A stretch of DNA of 64,000 nt. Origin: a virus. The stretch covers positions 1 through 64,000 of the IMG/VR virus record IMGVR_UViG_3300017991_004311; one strand, written 5' to 3'. Made by a program: the position numbers and the translations under genes. Positions 30,631 to 40,395 of the stretch are shown here, piece by piece (within the stretch, counting starts at the first letter, position 1; every line of letters begins with the position of its first letter). The notes below the pieces were generated by a model, which ran no database searches, was not told the origin of the DNA, and saw only the letters and a list, made by a program, of their open reading frames with translations.

Positions 30631-30641
30631 CGGGAGGAGCC

Positions 30642-31163
30642 ATGGACCAAAGAGGAAGCAGGACGAAGGGCGACCGCTACGAGCGGAGGATCGCGCGCAT
30701 CATCGGTGATTGGTGGGGCAGGCCGGTGTACCGTACTCCGCGCTCTGGCGGCACGCACTGGAAGGGTGATTTGATTTGTACGGAGGAGGCGCTCCCGTTC
30801 TCGGTGGAGTGCAAGAAACGGGAGAGCTGGAGCTTCCGGGACCTGTTCTCGGGGCATGTCGGGAAGGACAACCTGTGGGGTTTCTGGAGCCAATGTCTGG
30901 ACGCGGCGGAGGAGGACAGGCGCATCCCGCTCCTGGTGTTCTCGAAGAACCGCCAGATGGATTACGCCATGGTGGCGGTGCGGACATTTTCTAAGCTTTG
31001 GGATTTGTTTGGCAAGGATGGTGGCATGATCAAGTGCGTAACTGCGCAGGATTCGGTTCGTAAGGGTAAGTATGTGTACGTAGTGCCCTTGGTTGACTTA
31101 CTGGCGTGGATGGACGTCGGAATGTTCGATGACATAGCGGTAGAAGGGGAGGTTTGGTGTTAA
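30642..31163 (+). CDS. Holliday junction resolvase (PD-(D/E)xK, Hjc-like)
   Basis: KGDRYER, RTPRSGG, GDL and VECK motifs. Confidence 0.8.
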   Translation: MDQRGSRTKGDRYERRIARIIGDWWGRPVYRTPRSGGTHWKGDLICTEEALPFSVECKKRESWSFRDLFSGHVGKDNLWGFWSQCLDAAEEDRRIPLLVFSKNRQMDYAMVAVRTFSKLWDLFGKDGGMIKCVTAQDSVRKGKYVYVVPLVDLLAWMDVGMFDDIAVEGEVWC

Positions 31164-31307
31164 TACTGGTAGCGATAGTCGGCGGGTTCGTGGTCGGACT
31201 GTGCGGGGGTATCCTCCTGACGTTCTGGACGCTGCGCAGGAGGGGGTTCGTGTTCTTCCGGCATAGCACGTGGGTGTACCGGGCCGAGCGGACGATGGGA
31301 GGGGAGG

Positions 31308-31607
31308 ATGACAAACAATGATCCACTCAGTGAGGCCGAGAAGATAGTGGCCGACGAACAGGAACGGCAGGCCAGGATCGAAGCTGACGCGCGAATCGAT
31401 GTTGTGATGAAGAAATATGTTGAGATCTGCGGGGATTTGTATTCTAGATTATACGGTTCTAACGGAGTGTTCGCCGAACCGACTGACAGAATTGAAAAGT
31501 GGTTTGATGATAATTGGAGATTCGTGATTCTTCTGGTATCGGCGACAGCAATCGTAGGTGTAATTACGGTTATTCTGTTGGTTTTTGTGGGCGGGTATTC
31601 ATTTTGA
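31308..31607 (+). CDS. Membrane-anchored hypothetical protein
   Basis: C-terminal TM helix; RBS present. Confidence 0.55.
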   Translation: MTNNDPLSEAEKIVADEQERQARIEADARIDVVMKKYVEICGDLYSRLYGSNGVFAEPTDRIEKWFDDNWRFVILLVSATAIVGVITVILLVFVGGYSF

Positions 31608-31799
31608 CAGGGAGGAGCCAATGTATACCTCGTATATCGTGGGAACGGCGGCGGAGGATATCCACAGGGGACAGGCGGTCTACACTGACCGGACGGGGAG
31701 ACTGCGTTGTCGCCGTGTCAAGGGATGCAAGCTCGTCGGGGTGGCGGCATCAGACGCGCTTTCATGGGATGAGGTCAGGGTGATTCCGGAGATGACACG

Positions 31800-32885
31800 A
31801 TGAGATTCCTCGTGACGGCGGACCTGCACTGTCATAACCACCAGGCGTTCGCCACGTACAATGGCGACGGGGTGAACGAGCGGCTGCTTGATTCGCTGGG
31901 GGTGATCGGGCGGATGGCGGACTACGCGGAGGAGTACGGGATCACACGCCTCGTCATCGCCGGTGACCTCTTCGACAAGCGCACAGCGGTCCAGACCGAC
32001 GTGCTCCATCTGACCTTCGAGGCGATCCTCGCGGTGCGGAGGAGGGGATTATCTCCCATCATCATCACCGGGAACCACGACCAGTTCCTCAGGAACGGCC
32101 GGTACCACGCCACGGCGGTGTTCCAGAACATGGCGCTTGTGGTGGACACGCCGCAGGTGACGATGATGGAGGAAGTCGCGTTCATGTTGTGCCCCTTCAT
32201 CGACGACATGGGGGAACGGAAGGCGGCGCTCGGTCGACTCGCGAGGGCGCAGACGCCGGGTGCCGACCGGAGAATCCTCATCGCCCACACGCCCATAGAC
32301 GATGGTTTTGTCGGAAGTTTCGGTGATTCCGAGGTTATGGTCGACCAGGGCGTGGAAGTGGCCGATTTGGTGCCCGAGGCGTATGATCTTGCCATCTTGG
32401 GGGACTACCATCAGGCCCAAGCGCTCACCGATGACGGGCAGGTATTCTACGTGGGCAGCCCGCTCCAGCTCGACCGGGGCGAGAGCGGGGAGAAGGGGTT
32501 CTGGGAGGTCGAGGCCTCGAAGGGCAAGGTGAATGCCAAAATGGTCCCGGTGGACGCGCCCAGGTTCGTCGATGCCGTCCCTGGCGGCGACGGGGTCGAT
32601 GCGGAGGGCAACTTCGTGACCGCCGTGATCCCGGCCTCCACGCCGAGGCAACAGGAGGAGCGGTTGAGGAAGGCGCTCATGGCGCAGGGGGCGCGCGCGG
32701 TGAGGATCGAGCGGAAGGCGGGCAGGGCGGAGGTGGAGAACCGCCTCGGACTCACTCTGGACATGACCGTGGAGCAGATGATGGGCAGGTACGTGCGGTC
32801 GTTCGGGTGGGACGGAGGGAAGACCGAGGAATATCTCGGCGTGGGCATGGAACTGGTGGGGGGAGGCGCGAATGCTAACCGTTGA
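31800..32885 (+). CDS. SbcD/Mre11-like nuclease
   Basis: ADLH, AGDLFD, GNHD and LGDYH motifs. Confidence 0.93.
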   Translation: MRFLVTADLHCHNHQAFATYNGDGVNERLLDSLGVIGRMADYAEEYGITRLVIAGDLFDKRTAVQTDVLHLTFEAILAVRRRGLSPIIITGNHDQFLRNGRYHATAVFQNMALVVDTPQVTMMEEVAFMLCPFIDDMGERKAALGRLARAQTPGADRRILIAHTPIDDGFVGSFGDSEVMVDQGVEVADLVPEAYDLAILGDYHQAQALTDDGQVFYVGSPLQLDRGESGEKGFWEVEASKGKVNAKMVPVDAPRFVDAVPGGDGVDAEGNFVTAVIPASTPRQQEERLRKALMAQGARAVRIERKAGRAEVENRLGLTLDMTVEQMMGRYVRSFGWDGGKTEEYLGVGMELVGGGANANR

Positions 32886-34782
32886 CCGGCTGAGGATACG
32901 GAACTTCAAGCGCTACCGGGACCAGGGATTCGACTTTTCGGGCCACCGGCTCACGCTCATCGTGGGCGACAACCGGGACTCGGGGAGCGCGGGGTCCAAC
33001 GGTGCGGGCAAAACGGGACTCTTCTCCGCCTTGTGCTGGCTCCTCTACGGGGTCACGGAGAAGGGGGAGCGGGCCGATGATGTGGTGAACGAGGAGGTGG
33101 GCAGGGACTGCCGGGTGGAGGGCACCCTTGCCGACACGGACGGGCGCACGTACGAACTCGTGCGCACGAGGAAGGCGAAAGGGAGGAAGGCGAATGATCT
33201 CACCGTTGCTGTCGACGGCGTTGATATTACGAAATCCAATGTCGCCGAGACTCAGCTTCAGATTGACGGCATCCTCGGGATGGACTACCGGACCTTCGTC
33301 AACAGTGTCGTTTTCCCCCAGGGGGCGGCGCAGTACTTCGGGGGACTGACGGACGCGGAGCAGAAGGCGGTGTTGGAGCGCATCCTCGGCCTCGGCGAAC
33401 TCACCGAGTACCAGGACAGGGCGAAGGCGGCGCTGAAGGGCGTGGAGCGGGAGAAGGCGGAGGCCGACTCCGAATTGTCCCGCGAGAACGGGATCATCGA
33501 GACCCTGCGCGACGAGCTCTCCAGCCTACAGGAGAACGACCGGGCATGGAAGGGGGACAGGGAGCGCAGGGTGGCCGAGCTTAGGGAGAGGAAGGACCGG
33601 GAGGCGCGGGGACTCGCGAAGCGCGCGGAGGAGCTGGAGGAGCGGGAGCAGGGGCTCAAGAAGGAGAAGCGGAAGACGGCCGCGGCGCAGAAGGGGTTGG
33701 AGCAGCGGTTCGACGACCTGGCGAAGCGGGAGCGGAAGGCGAGGGACGCGATAGTGAAAGCGGGCATGAGGAAGACCACCGTCCAGGCCGAGCGGGATCA
33801 GTTGATTGGCGAAGCGGATAGGGTGCGTTCGGAACTGGAGGGGAAGGCCGAGTGCCCGCTTTGCGGCCAACCGCTCACCGGGGATAAGGTGGGGGAGCAC
33901 GCGGACGCGCTGAAGCGGAAGGCAGGCAGTTTGGAACCGCAGATCAAGGAATTGGAGCGGAAGGCCAGGAACGCGGAGGAAGCGCACGCGGCACTCAGCT
34001 CCGAGGTCGACGCGCTCGCTGCGGAGAAGGCGGAGAACGACAAGGAGCGCCAGGGGCTTAACGAGCGTGAGCGCGATCTCGCCCGCGACAAGGCGGACCT
34101 CGACGCCTCGCGGAAGGCCGACGCCGAGCTCGAAAAGCGGATAAGGGAGACTGAGGCGGAGGCCAACCCGTTCGCGCCCCGGATCGCAAAGGTGCAGGGT
34201 TCGCTGGGGGAGAAGGAGGAGCACGCCGCCGCCCTGCAGGGACGGGTCGGGGAATTGGCGTCGAGCGCGGAGAAGTACGCGTTCTGGCGCGACGCGTTCG
34301 GGAACCAAGGACTGAGGAGCTTCATCCTGGACGCGGTGATCCCGGTGCTGAACGAGCACGTGGCCGAATACGGGAGGGTGCTCACGGACGGGGAGATACG
34401 CGTGAGCTTCCACGCCCAGGAAAAGCTTAAGAGCGGGGAGATGAGGGAGCGCTTTGGCATGGACATCGAAAGCGAAGCGAGCGCCTCGGCCTACCGCAAG
34501 CTTTCCAACGGGGAGCGTCGGCGCGTGGACCTGGCGATACTTATGGCGTTGCGTGATATGGTGCAGTCCCGGGCGAGCAAGCAGTTCGGCATGGTGTTCG
34601 CGGACGAGATATTCGACGGACTTGATGCCGAGGGGATCGAACGTGCGGTGCGGTTGGTCGGGGAGCTGGCACGCACCGAGTGCCGGGTGTTCGTGATCAC
34701 GCAGCGCGACGATCTCAGGCAGAATTTCTCGGACGTGGTCACGGTGGTGAAGGAGGGAGGGGTGAGCAGGATCGCGGCGTGA
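32872..34782 (+). CDS. SbcC/Rad50-like ATPase
   Basis: NGAGKT, CPLC zinc hook, LSNGE signature and FADEIFD. Confidence 0.95.
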   Translation: MLTVDRLRIRNFKRYRDQGFDFSGHRLTLIVGDNRDSGSAGSNGAGKTGLFSALCWLLYGVTEKGERADDVVNEEVGRDCRVEGTLADTDGRTYELVRTRKAKGRKANDLTVAVDGVDITKSNVAETQLQIDGILGMDYRTFVNSVVFPQGAAQYFGGLTDAEQKAVLERILGLGELTEYQDRAKAALKGVEREKAEADSELSRENGIIETLRDELSSLQENDRAWKGDRERRVAELRERKDREARGLAKRAEELEEREQGLKKEKRKTAAAQKGLEQRFDDLAKRERKARDAIVKAGMRKTTVQAERDQLIGEADRVRSELEGKAECPLCGQPLTGDKVGEHADALKRKAGSLEPQIKELERKARNAEEAHAALSSEVDALAAEKAENDKERQGLNERERDLARDKADLDASRKADAELEKRIRETEAEANPFAPRIAKVQGSLGEKEEHAAALQGRVGELASSAEKYAFWRDAFGNQGLRSFILDAVIPVLNEHVAEYGRVLTDGEIRVSFHAQEKLKSGEMRERFGMDIESEASASAYRKLSNGERRRVDLAILMALRDMVQSRASKQFGMVFADEIFDGLDAEGIERAVRLVGELARTECRVFVITQRDDLRQNFSDVVTVVKEGGVSRIAA

Positions 34783-35325
34783 TTGACAGAACGGGCTGAT
34801 GTCCTATTATTGTGGCGGGAGGTGTTCACGTTGTCCAAGGAATGGAAACCGGAGGTGCGCGAGGTCGCGATCGGGGATCTGAGGATATCCGGGAAGAATC
34901 CCAGGATACATTCTTCGGAACAAGTGGAGAAGATCGTGCGGTCGTTGCGGGAGTTCGGATGGACGAACCCCGTACTTGCCGATAAAAACGGAACGGTCGT
35001 CGCGGGACACGGACGTTTGGAGGCGGCGAGGAAGTTGGGGATGGATCGCGTTCCCGTTATTTCCCTTCCGTTCGGCGGGTGTTCGGCGGAGGCGTATATG
35101 TTGGCCGACAACAGGATCGCGTTCGACGGCGGTTGGGACGAGGCGAAACTCCGTTTGATTTTGGAGTCGTTGTCCGAAAAGGATATTGATCTTTCGCTGA
35201 CCGGATTCGAGGAGGACGAGTTGGCGGCGTTGGAAAAGGCCGTGATTGAATTGGCCGAGGAAAGGGACATCGACGGCGAGATCGCAACGACGAACAAATG
35301 CCCGAAATGCGGATATGAATGGTAA
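34783..35325 (+). CDS. ParB-N-domain protein (start may be further downstream)
   Basis: NPRIH, FGWTNPV, AGHGR, LADNR and terminal CPKCGYEW. Confidence 0.85.
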   Translation: MTERADVLLLWREVFTLSKEWKPEVREVAIGDLRISGKNPRIHSSEQVEKIVRSLREFGWTNPVLADKNGTVVAGHGRLEAARKLGMDRVPVISLPFGGCSAEAYMLADNRIAFDGGWDEAKLRLILESLSEKDIDLSLTGFEEDELAALEKAVIELAEERDIDGEIATTNKCPKCGYEW

Positions 35326-36286
35326 CGGGTTGTCCTTCGTGTCCTTGTTCGCTGGATGCGGGGGTTCGTCGTTGGGTTATTTGCGGGCGGGATTCAACGA
35401 GCTTTTGGCAATCGACTTGGATATTGACGCGATGGCCACGTTCGTGATCAATTTTCCCGATATTCCCGTTTGGAGAAAGGACATAAGGGATGTCGGCGGG
35501 GACGAGATCCTCCGGTTCTGCGGATTGCCGAAGGGCGGGCTTGGCCTTCTCGACGGGAGTCCGCCGTGTCAGGGGTTCTCCATTTCCGGGAAACGTATTG
35601 TTTCCGATTCGAGGAACGACCTTTTCGGGCATAATATCCGGTTGATCCGCGAGATCGAGCCGAAGGCGTTCGTTATCGAGAACGTTCCCGGGATGGCCGT
35701 TGGAAGGATGCGCGGGATTTTCAACGGATACATGCGGGCTTTGCGGGCTTTGCCGTATTGCGTCAGGTGCAGGCTCATGAACGCGGCACGGCATGGCGTC
35801 CCTCAGGCGAGGCGGCGTCTTGTGTGGCTCGGCGTCAGGAACGATCTTTCCGTGATTCCGGAATTCCCGATCGGCGATCACCGTTCCGTGACGGTCAGGG
35901 AGGCTTTGCGCGGATGCCCCCGTGGTCCGGTGCCGAAATTTGACGACAGATATGCGAAGTTGTGGTGGAGGGTGGAACCGGGTCGGAGTGCGGTGGATGT
36001 TATCGGGAAAGGATACAACAGTTGTTATAAAATACATCCGGACAGGCCCGCTCCCGTTCTTCCGGCGTTGCAGACGGGGAGAGGGTTCGCCACGGTATGC
36101 CATTGGGCGGAGCCGCGGGCGCTTTCCATAGCGGAAGCGAAGCGGTTGCAGAGTTTTCCGGACGGATTCACGATATCGGGCGGATACCAGTCGCAATGGA
36201 GGCAATTGGGGAATTCCGTGCCGCCGAAGCTGATGGAGGCGGTGGCGGTTGCGATGGGGAACGTGTTGGGGGGCGCGGATGGATAG
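35315..36286 (+). CDS. C5-cytosine DNA methyltransferase (single chain)
   Basis: SLFAGCGG, GSPPCQGFS, ENV, PQARRR, RLQSFPD and GNSVPP motifs. Confidence 0.95.
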   Translation: MNGNGLSFVSLFAGCGGSSLGYLRAGFNELLAIDLDIDAMATFVINFPDIPVWRKDIRDVGGDEILRFCGLPKGGLGLLDGSPPCQGFSISGKRIVSDSRNDLFGHNIRLIREIEPKAFVIENVPGMAVGRMRGIFNGYMRALRALPYCVRCRLMNAARHGVPQARRRLVWLGVRNDLSVIPEFPIGDHRSVTVREALRGCPRGPVPKFDDRYAKLWWRVEPGRSAVDVIGKGYNSCYKIHPDRPAPVLPALQTGRGFATVCHWAEPRALSIAEAKRLQSFPDGFTISGGYQSQWRQLGNSVPPKLMEAVAVAMGNVLGGADG

Positions 36287-36698
36287 GATCGGTCCTGCGA
36301 CGAGAAGCAGGCTGATGTCGCGGATACGGTCGGTCGACACGAGTTCCGAACGCGCGCTCCGCCGCGAGTTGAGGGCGCGCGGATTCGGTTACAGGAAGAA
36401 CGTCCGCGGATTGCTCGGGCGTCCCGATATCGCGTTCCCGGGCGAACGGATCGCGGTTTTCGTCGACGGATGCTTCTGGCACGGATGCCCGCGATGCTAT
36501 CGGGAACTCGCGTCGAACACGGCGTTCTGGAGGCGGAAGGTCTCCGCGAACAGGGAGCGCGACGGGAGGCAGAATCACGAACTCGCGGCGATGGGGTGGA
36601 CGGTGCTCAAATACTGGGAGCACGAATCGCTCGTATTCGTCGCCGACGAGATCGAGGACGTGGTTATAACACGAAGGAGGCGAGCGCAGCATGGGTAG
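36279..36698 (+). CDS. vsr: Very-short-patch repair endonuclease
   Basis: MSRIRS.DT..E, GRPDI, FVDGCFWHGC and NRERD motifs. Confidence 0.95.
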   Translation: MDRIGPATRSRLMSRIRSVDTSSERALRRELRARGFGYRKNVRGLLGRPDIAFPGERIAVFVDGCFWHGCPRCYRELASNTAFWRRKVSANRERDGRQNHELAAMGWTVLKYWEHESLVFVADEIEDVVITRRRRAQHG

Positions 36699-37203
36699 GA
36701 TCTCGAAGTACGACCCGGACACGTTCCCCGCTAGGGCGAAGGCATTGGCCCTGAAGGGGTTGTCGGACAAGCAGATCGCGCACAGGCTGGGGATCAACCC
36801 CAGGACTCTCAGGCGCTACAGGGACAGGTATCAGGAATTCAAGGAGGCGTTGAAGGAGGGGAAGATGCCGGTGGACCGCGAGGTCGAGAACGCGCTCCTG
36901 AAGCGAGCGCTCGGATACGAGACCGAGGAGACGCGCACCACGGTCCGGGAGGGGGGCAATTACGGCATGATGAGACAGGTGGAGCGCATCAAACGCTTCG
37001 TGCCCCCGGACGTGAACGCCCAGATGTTCTGGCTCAAGAACCGTCAGCCGGAGAGGTGGCGGGACAAGCAGGAGATCAAGCACAGCGGCACGCTGGCCGA
37101 TTTCCTGTCGCGCACCGGCTCCCTTTCTGATACGGAACAAAAGGTGGTCGACGAGTATTACGAGCGTTATGACACCCTGGGCATGAGGGTTTCCCGGAAT
37201 TGA
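36691..37203 (+). CDS. Terminase small subunit
   Basis: N-terminal HTH, VENALLKRALGY and FWLKNRQPERWRDK; lies upstream of TerL. Confidence 0.8.
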   Translation: MGRISKYDPDTFPARAKALALKGLSDKQIAHRLGINPRTLRRYRDRYQEFKEALKEGKMPVDREVENALLKRALGYETEETRTTVREGGNYGMMRQVERIKRFVPPDVNAQMFWLKNRQPERWRDKQEIKHSGTLADFLSRTGSLSDTEQKVVDEYYERYDTLGMRVSRN

Positions 37204-37273
37204 GGAGGGGGGCGGCGTAGAGGCGACAAGGAAGATCCAGTTCTGGGACAGGCGCTACAAGAAGCTGCGCACC

Positions 37274-37615
37274 GTGGTTGTCATGAACACGTCCGATATC
37301 GCCTTTCTCGGCAACGACGGCGTGATCTCGACGGTCGAGGAGCAGATGGACGACAGCGGGTTCGACCCCGCCTCGATTCGTCTGCTCTTTTCCGTTAAGG
37401 ACAACCTGAAGGGGGGGTTGGACGCGCTCATCGCCTACCTGTACTATTGGGAGGGGAAGACCCAGTCGGAGATAGCCAGGATCATCGGCGTCTCCGCCTC
37501 CTTCGTGTTCAACCGCCTGCAGGACTTCCGTGAAGCCGTGCGCGGTTCCCGGGAGTGCCGTGAACTCTGGGAAGAGATGGTCGGGGGCAACGGCGACGGG
37601 GAGGTCACCGGATAG
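37274..37615 (+). CDS. Sigma-region-4-like HTH protein
   Basis: YYWEGKTQSEIARIIGVS. Confidence 0.65.
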   Translation: MVVMNTSDIAFLGNDGVISTVEEQMDDSGFDPASIRLLFSVKDNLKGGLDALIAYLYYWEGKTQSEIARIIGVSASFVFNRLQDFREAVRGSRECRELWEEMVGGNGDGEVTG

Positions 37616-37616
37616 C

Positions 37617-38435
37617 ATGGAGATACTCACGAGGTCACCGCAGCCGATTCACCGCCCGTGCTGGGAGCTGAGCGACCGGAACACCCCGGCGGTGCGTTGG
37701 GTGGACGAGCATATCGGCATCCCGTTGTGGAGCAAACAGATCGAGGTATTGAACGCGGTTTTCACGCAGGGGTCCGTCACGGTGAGGAGCGGGCACGGGA
37801 TCGGGAAGACGCTCATCGCGGCCGTGATCACGCTCTGTTTCATCGACACGCTCAGGCCGAGCAAGGTCATCACCACCGCCCCAACCTGGCGCCAGGTGGC
37901 CCATATCCTCTGGGCGGAGATCAACACGCTCTATCGCAAGTCGAAGATCCCGCAGCTCATCGGGGGGCGGATGCTGAACATGAGCTACTGGCTCAGCGAC
38001 GAGCATTTCGCGGTCGGGTTCCACCCCCGCGAGAACCGCCTGGAGGAGTTCCAGGGTTACCACAGCCCGAACATCCTCATCATCATGGACGAATCCCCCG
38101 GCATCTCCCAAGTGCTCTACGACGCGGCGATGGGGCTCATGACCACGAACGCCTACATCCTCCAGATCGGCAACCCGACCGAGCCGGCGGGGCACTTCTG
38201 GGGATCGTTCCAGGACGATGCGTACCACAAGGTGCACGTGTCCTGCTTCGACAGCCCGAACGTGACCGGGGAGGCGCACATCCCCGGGCTGGTCACGAGG
38301 GAGTGGATCGAGGCGAGGAGGAATGACTGGGGGGAGGACGACCCCCGCTACAGGAACAAGGTCCTGGGCGAGTTCTCCGACACCACGGAGGACCGCGGCA
38401 TCCCGATGGATTGGATCAGGGCGGCGTTCGCATGA
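37617..38435 (+). CDS. Terminase large subunit, ATPase part
   Basis: RSGHGIGKT, TAPTWRQV, IIMDES and IGNP motifs. Confidence 0.9.
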   Translation: MEILTRSPQPIHRPCWELSDRNTPAVRWVDEHIGIPLWSKQIEVLNAVFTQGSVTVRSGHGIGKTLIAAVITLCFIDTLRPSKVITTAPTWRQVAHILWAEINTLYRKSKIPQLIGGRMLNMSYWLSDEHFAVGFHPRENRLEEFQGYHSPNILIIMDESPGISQVLYDAAMGLMTTNAYILQIGNPTEPAGHFWGSFQDDAYHKVHVSCFDSPNVTGEAHIPGLVTREWIEARRNDWGEDDPRYRNKVLGEFSDTTEDRGIPMDWIRAAFA

Positions 38436-39172
38436 GGGTGCTCGGGGGGGATTACGCGAGGATGGGACCGGACCAGACGGTGTTCTGCCTCGCCGACAAC
38501 GAGGGATGGTCGGAGCATGTCGTGCACGGGTTCTGGGAGTTCTCCGGGTTGAAGAACCCGCAGCGCGTGCAGAGGACGAGGGACCTTTATGTGTCAGAGC
38601 ATCCGATGTTCGTGTCGGTGGACGCGGTGGGGATCGGCTCGGGCACGGCGGACGATCTGGAGGCGATCGGGGTCCCGGTGTTCCGGGTGATGGGGGGAGC
38701 GGCGGCGTTCAACCCGGACTACTACGATCTGCGTTCGGAACTGTTCTGGATCATGCGGAGGAAGTTCGAGCGCCATATCATGCACATCGTCGCCCAGGGG
38801 GTCACGAAGGCGCAGAGGGAGAGGATCATCCGGGAGGTCAGCAGCCTCCGTTATTATACCACGTCGAAGGGGAAGATCAGGTTTGAGTCGAAGGAGGAGT
38901 ACATCAAGCGGGTCGGGAAGTCCCCCGATTATGCCGACACCCTCTCCTACACCATGGTGACCATGGAGATGTGGGAAGGGGCGATGGGCGACCAGGGCGA
39001 CATCGAGGTGCTCGCCGGCGATCCCGGCCCGTATCCGAGGAGCACGTGGGGCGGAGGGGGGATCGGGAATCGGGACAACATCCCCGACGACCCGGATAGG
39101 GGAGCGTTCGGCGAGGTGTCGATCGTGCGATTCGGAGTCAGGGACGACTACGACGATGAGGATGACGGGTAG
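38432..39172 (+). CDS. Terminase large subunit, RNase H-like nuclease part
   Basis: GGDYARMGPDQTV, VDAVGIGSG and KSPDYAD; ATGA overlap with the ATPase part. Confidence 0.85.
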   Translation: MRVLGGDYARMGPDQTVFCLADNEGWSEHVVHGFWEFSGLKNPQRVQRTRDLYVSEHPMFVSVDAVGIGSGTADDLEAIGVPVFRVMGGAAAFNPDYYDLRSELFWIMRRKFERHIMHIVAQGVTKAQRERIIREVSSLRYYTTSKGKIRFESKEEYIKRVGKSPDYADTLSYTMVTMEMWEGAMGDQGDIEVLAGDPGPYPRSTWGGGGIGNRDNIPDDPDRGAFGEVSIVRFGVRDDYDDEDDG

Positions 39173-39205
39173 GAAGAGGGGTTTGGTGTTAATATAAAAT
39201 GAGAA

Positions 39206-39382
39206 GCCTCCGTTGTGGTGGAATAGGTAGACACTAGTGAAAGGCATAAGCGAGTCTAGTGGTGTAAATTTGGGAACACGTCTCCGAAACTATAAACGAT
39301 TTGCCATCGTAGGAAGTAGGAGGGATACCAGGTTAGAGTCCTGGCGGGACATCCAAAGTGCAAATCCTTGGCAGCGGGGGCA
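39206..39382 (+). ncRNA. tRNA-like RNA (copy B) apparently containing a nested second tRNA-like unit
   Basis: Terminal stem GCCTCCGTTG/CAGCGGGGGC; two D-like arms and two T-like arms. Confidence 0.6.
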
Positions 39383-39400
39383 TACAAGAGGAGGAATGGC

Positions 39401-39802
39401 ATGAAGCTCGACACTGAGGCGTTGGTGAAAGCGTTGGGGACTCTGGAGGGCATGCAGAAGAAAGTGAATGCCCAGAAAGCGGCTATTTTGGCGATGCTCC
39501 CGGTCCGCACGGGTGACGCGGTATTCTATGACGGGAACCCCGGCAAGGTGATTGATAGGAGCGTCATGGGACCGCCGTTCTGGATGAAGGTGTCCGTCAT
39601 GGTGATTATCGGCGAGAAGGGCAGGGATTTTGATTACGCCGATGTTGACCAGAAGACGCTGCGGTTCCCGTTCGATGATAAGGCGGTAGGGAATTATTCG
39701 CCCCGTGACCACAAGGCCGATTGGGACAAGTTGACGTTCTTCCCCCGGAGGGAGGAGGCGGTTGAGGACCCACTTCAACGCCCGGATATGGAGGGATGCT
39801 GA
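39401..39802 (+). CDS. Hypothetical protein
   Basis: GAGGAGG RBS directly after the ncRNA. Confidence 0.6.
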   Translation: MKLDTEALVKALGTLEGMQKKVNAQKAAILAMLPVRTGDAVFYDGNPGKVIDRSVMGPPFWMKVSVMVIIGEKGRDFDYADVDQKTLRFPFDDKAVGNYSPRDHKADWDKLTFFPRREEAVEDPLQRPDMEGC

Positions 39803-40157
39803 CTTGGACGCTGTAACAGTGGGTTCGGCGACGATATTCATGGGCGCGTGGCTCGGATTCTGGGGTCTCGTCATCAGCAGGAGCTACAAGGGGCAGTTCG
39901 ATATCCTCATCCCTGTGGTGGTGTTCCTGGTCCTGGCGGGTATAGTCTGCACCGTGGGCCGGTGGATCGTCCCGGTGGCGTTTCTCAATCTGGTCGTGGG
40001 CATCATCCTCGGCACGCTGTTCATCCCCACGTGGAAGGACAACAAGGAGAGGAACGACAAGCCGGGCCAGCTGATGGCGGTGCTCATGATGGGGGTGCCG
40101 GGCGCGGTCGGACTGGGAAGCGCGGTGCCGGCGCTGATGACGATATTGGGAGGGTGA
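39762..40157 (+). CDS. Multi-pass membrane protein
   Basis: About four hydrophobic segments. Confidence 0.6.
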   Translation: MRTHFNARIWRDADLDAVTVGSATIFMGAWLGFWGLVISRSYKGQFDILIPVVVFLVLAGIVCTVGRWIVPVAFLNLVVGIILGTLFIPTWKDNKERNDKPGQLMAVLMMGVPGAVGLGSAVPALMTILGG

Positions 40158-40395
40158 ACGATGAGAACACGCAAAGAAATCGTTGACGGAGTGAGGAGCG
40201 TGAGGGTGGGCACGGAGGACGACTTCGCGCCGGATGCTCCGCAACAGCCACCCCCGTGGGTTATGCCCCAGGCGCGCGATCCGATGCTGCGGACGCAGGC
40301 CGCGATCGACTACGCGCTGCTGGAGGTCATGCTCGACTGCAGGGGCCTGCTCCAGAGGATATTGAACAGGCTTCCGAAAAAAGAGGTGAAGTGAC

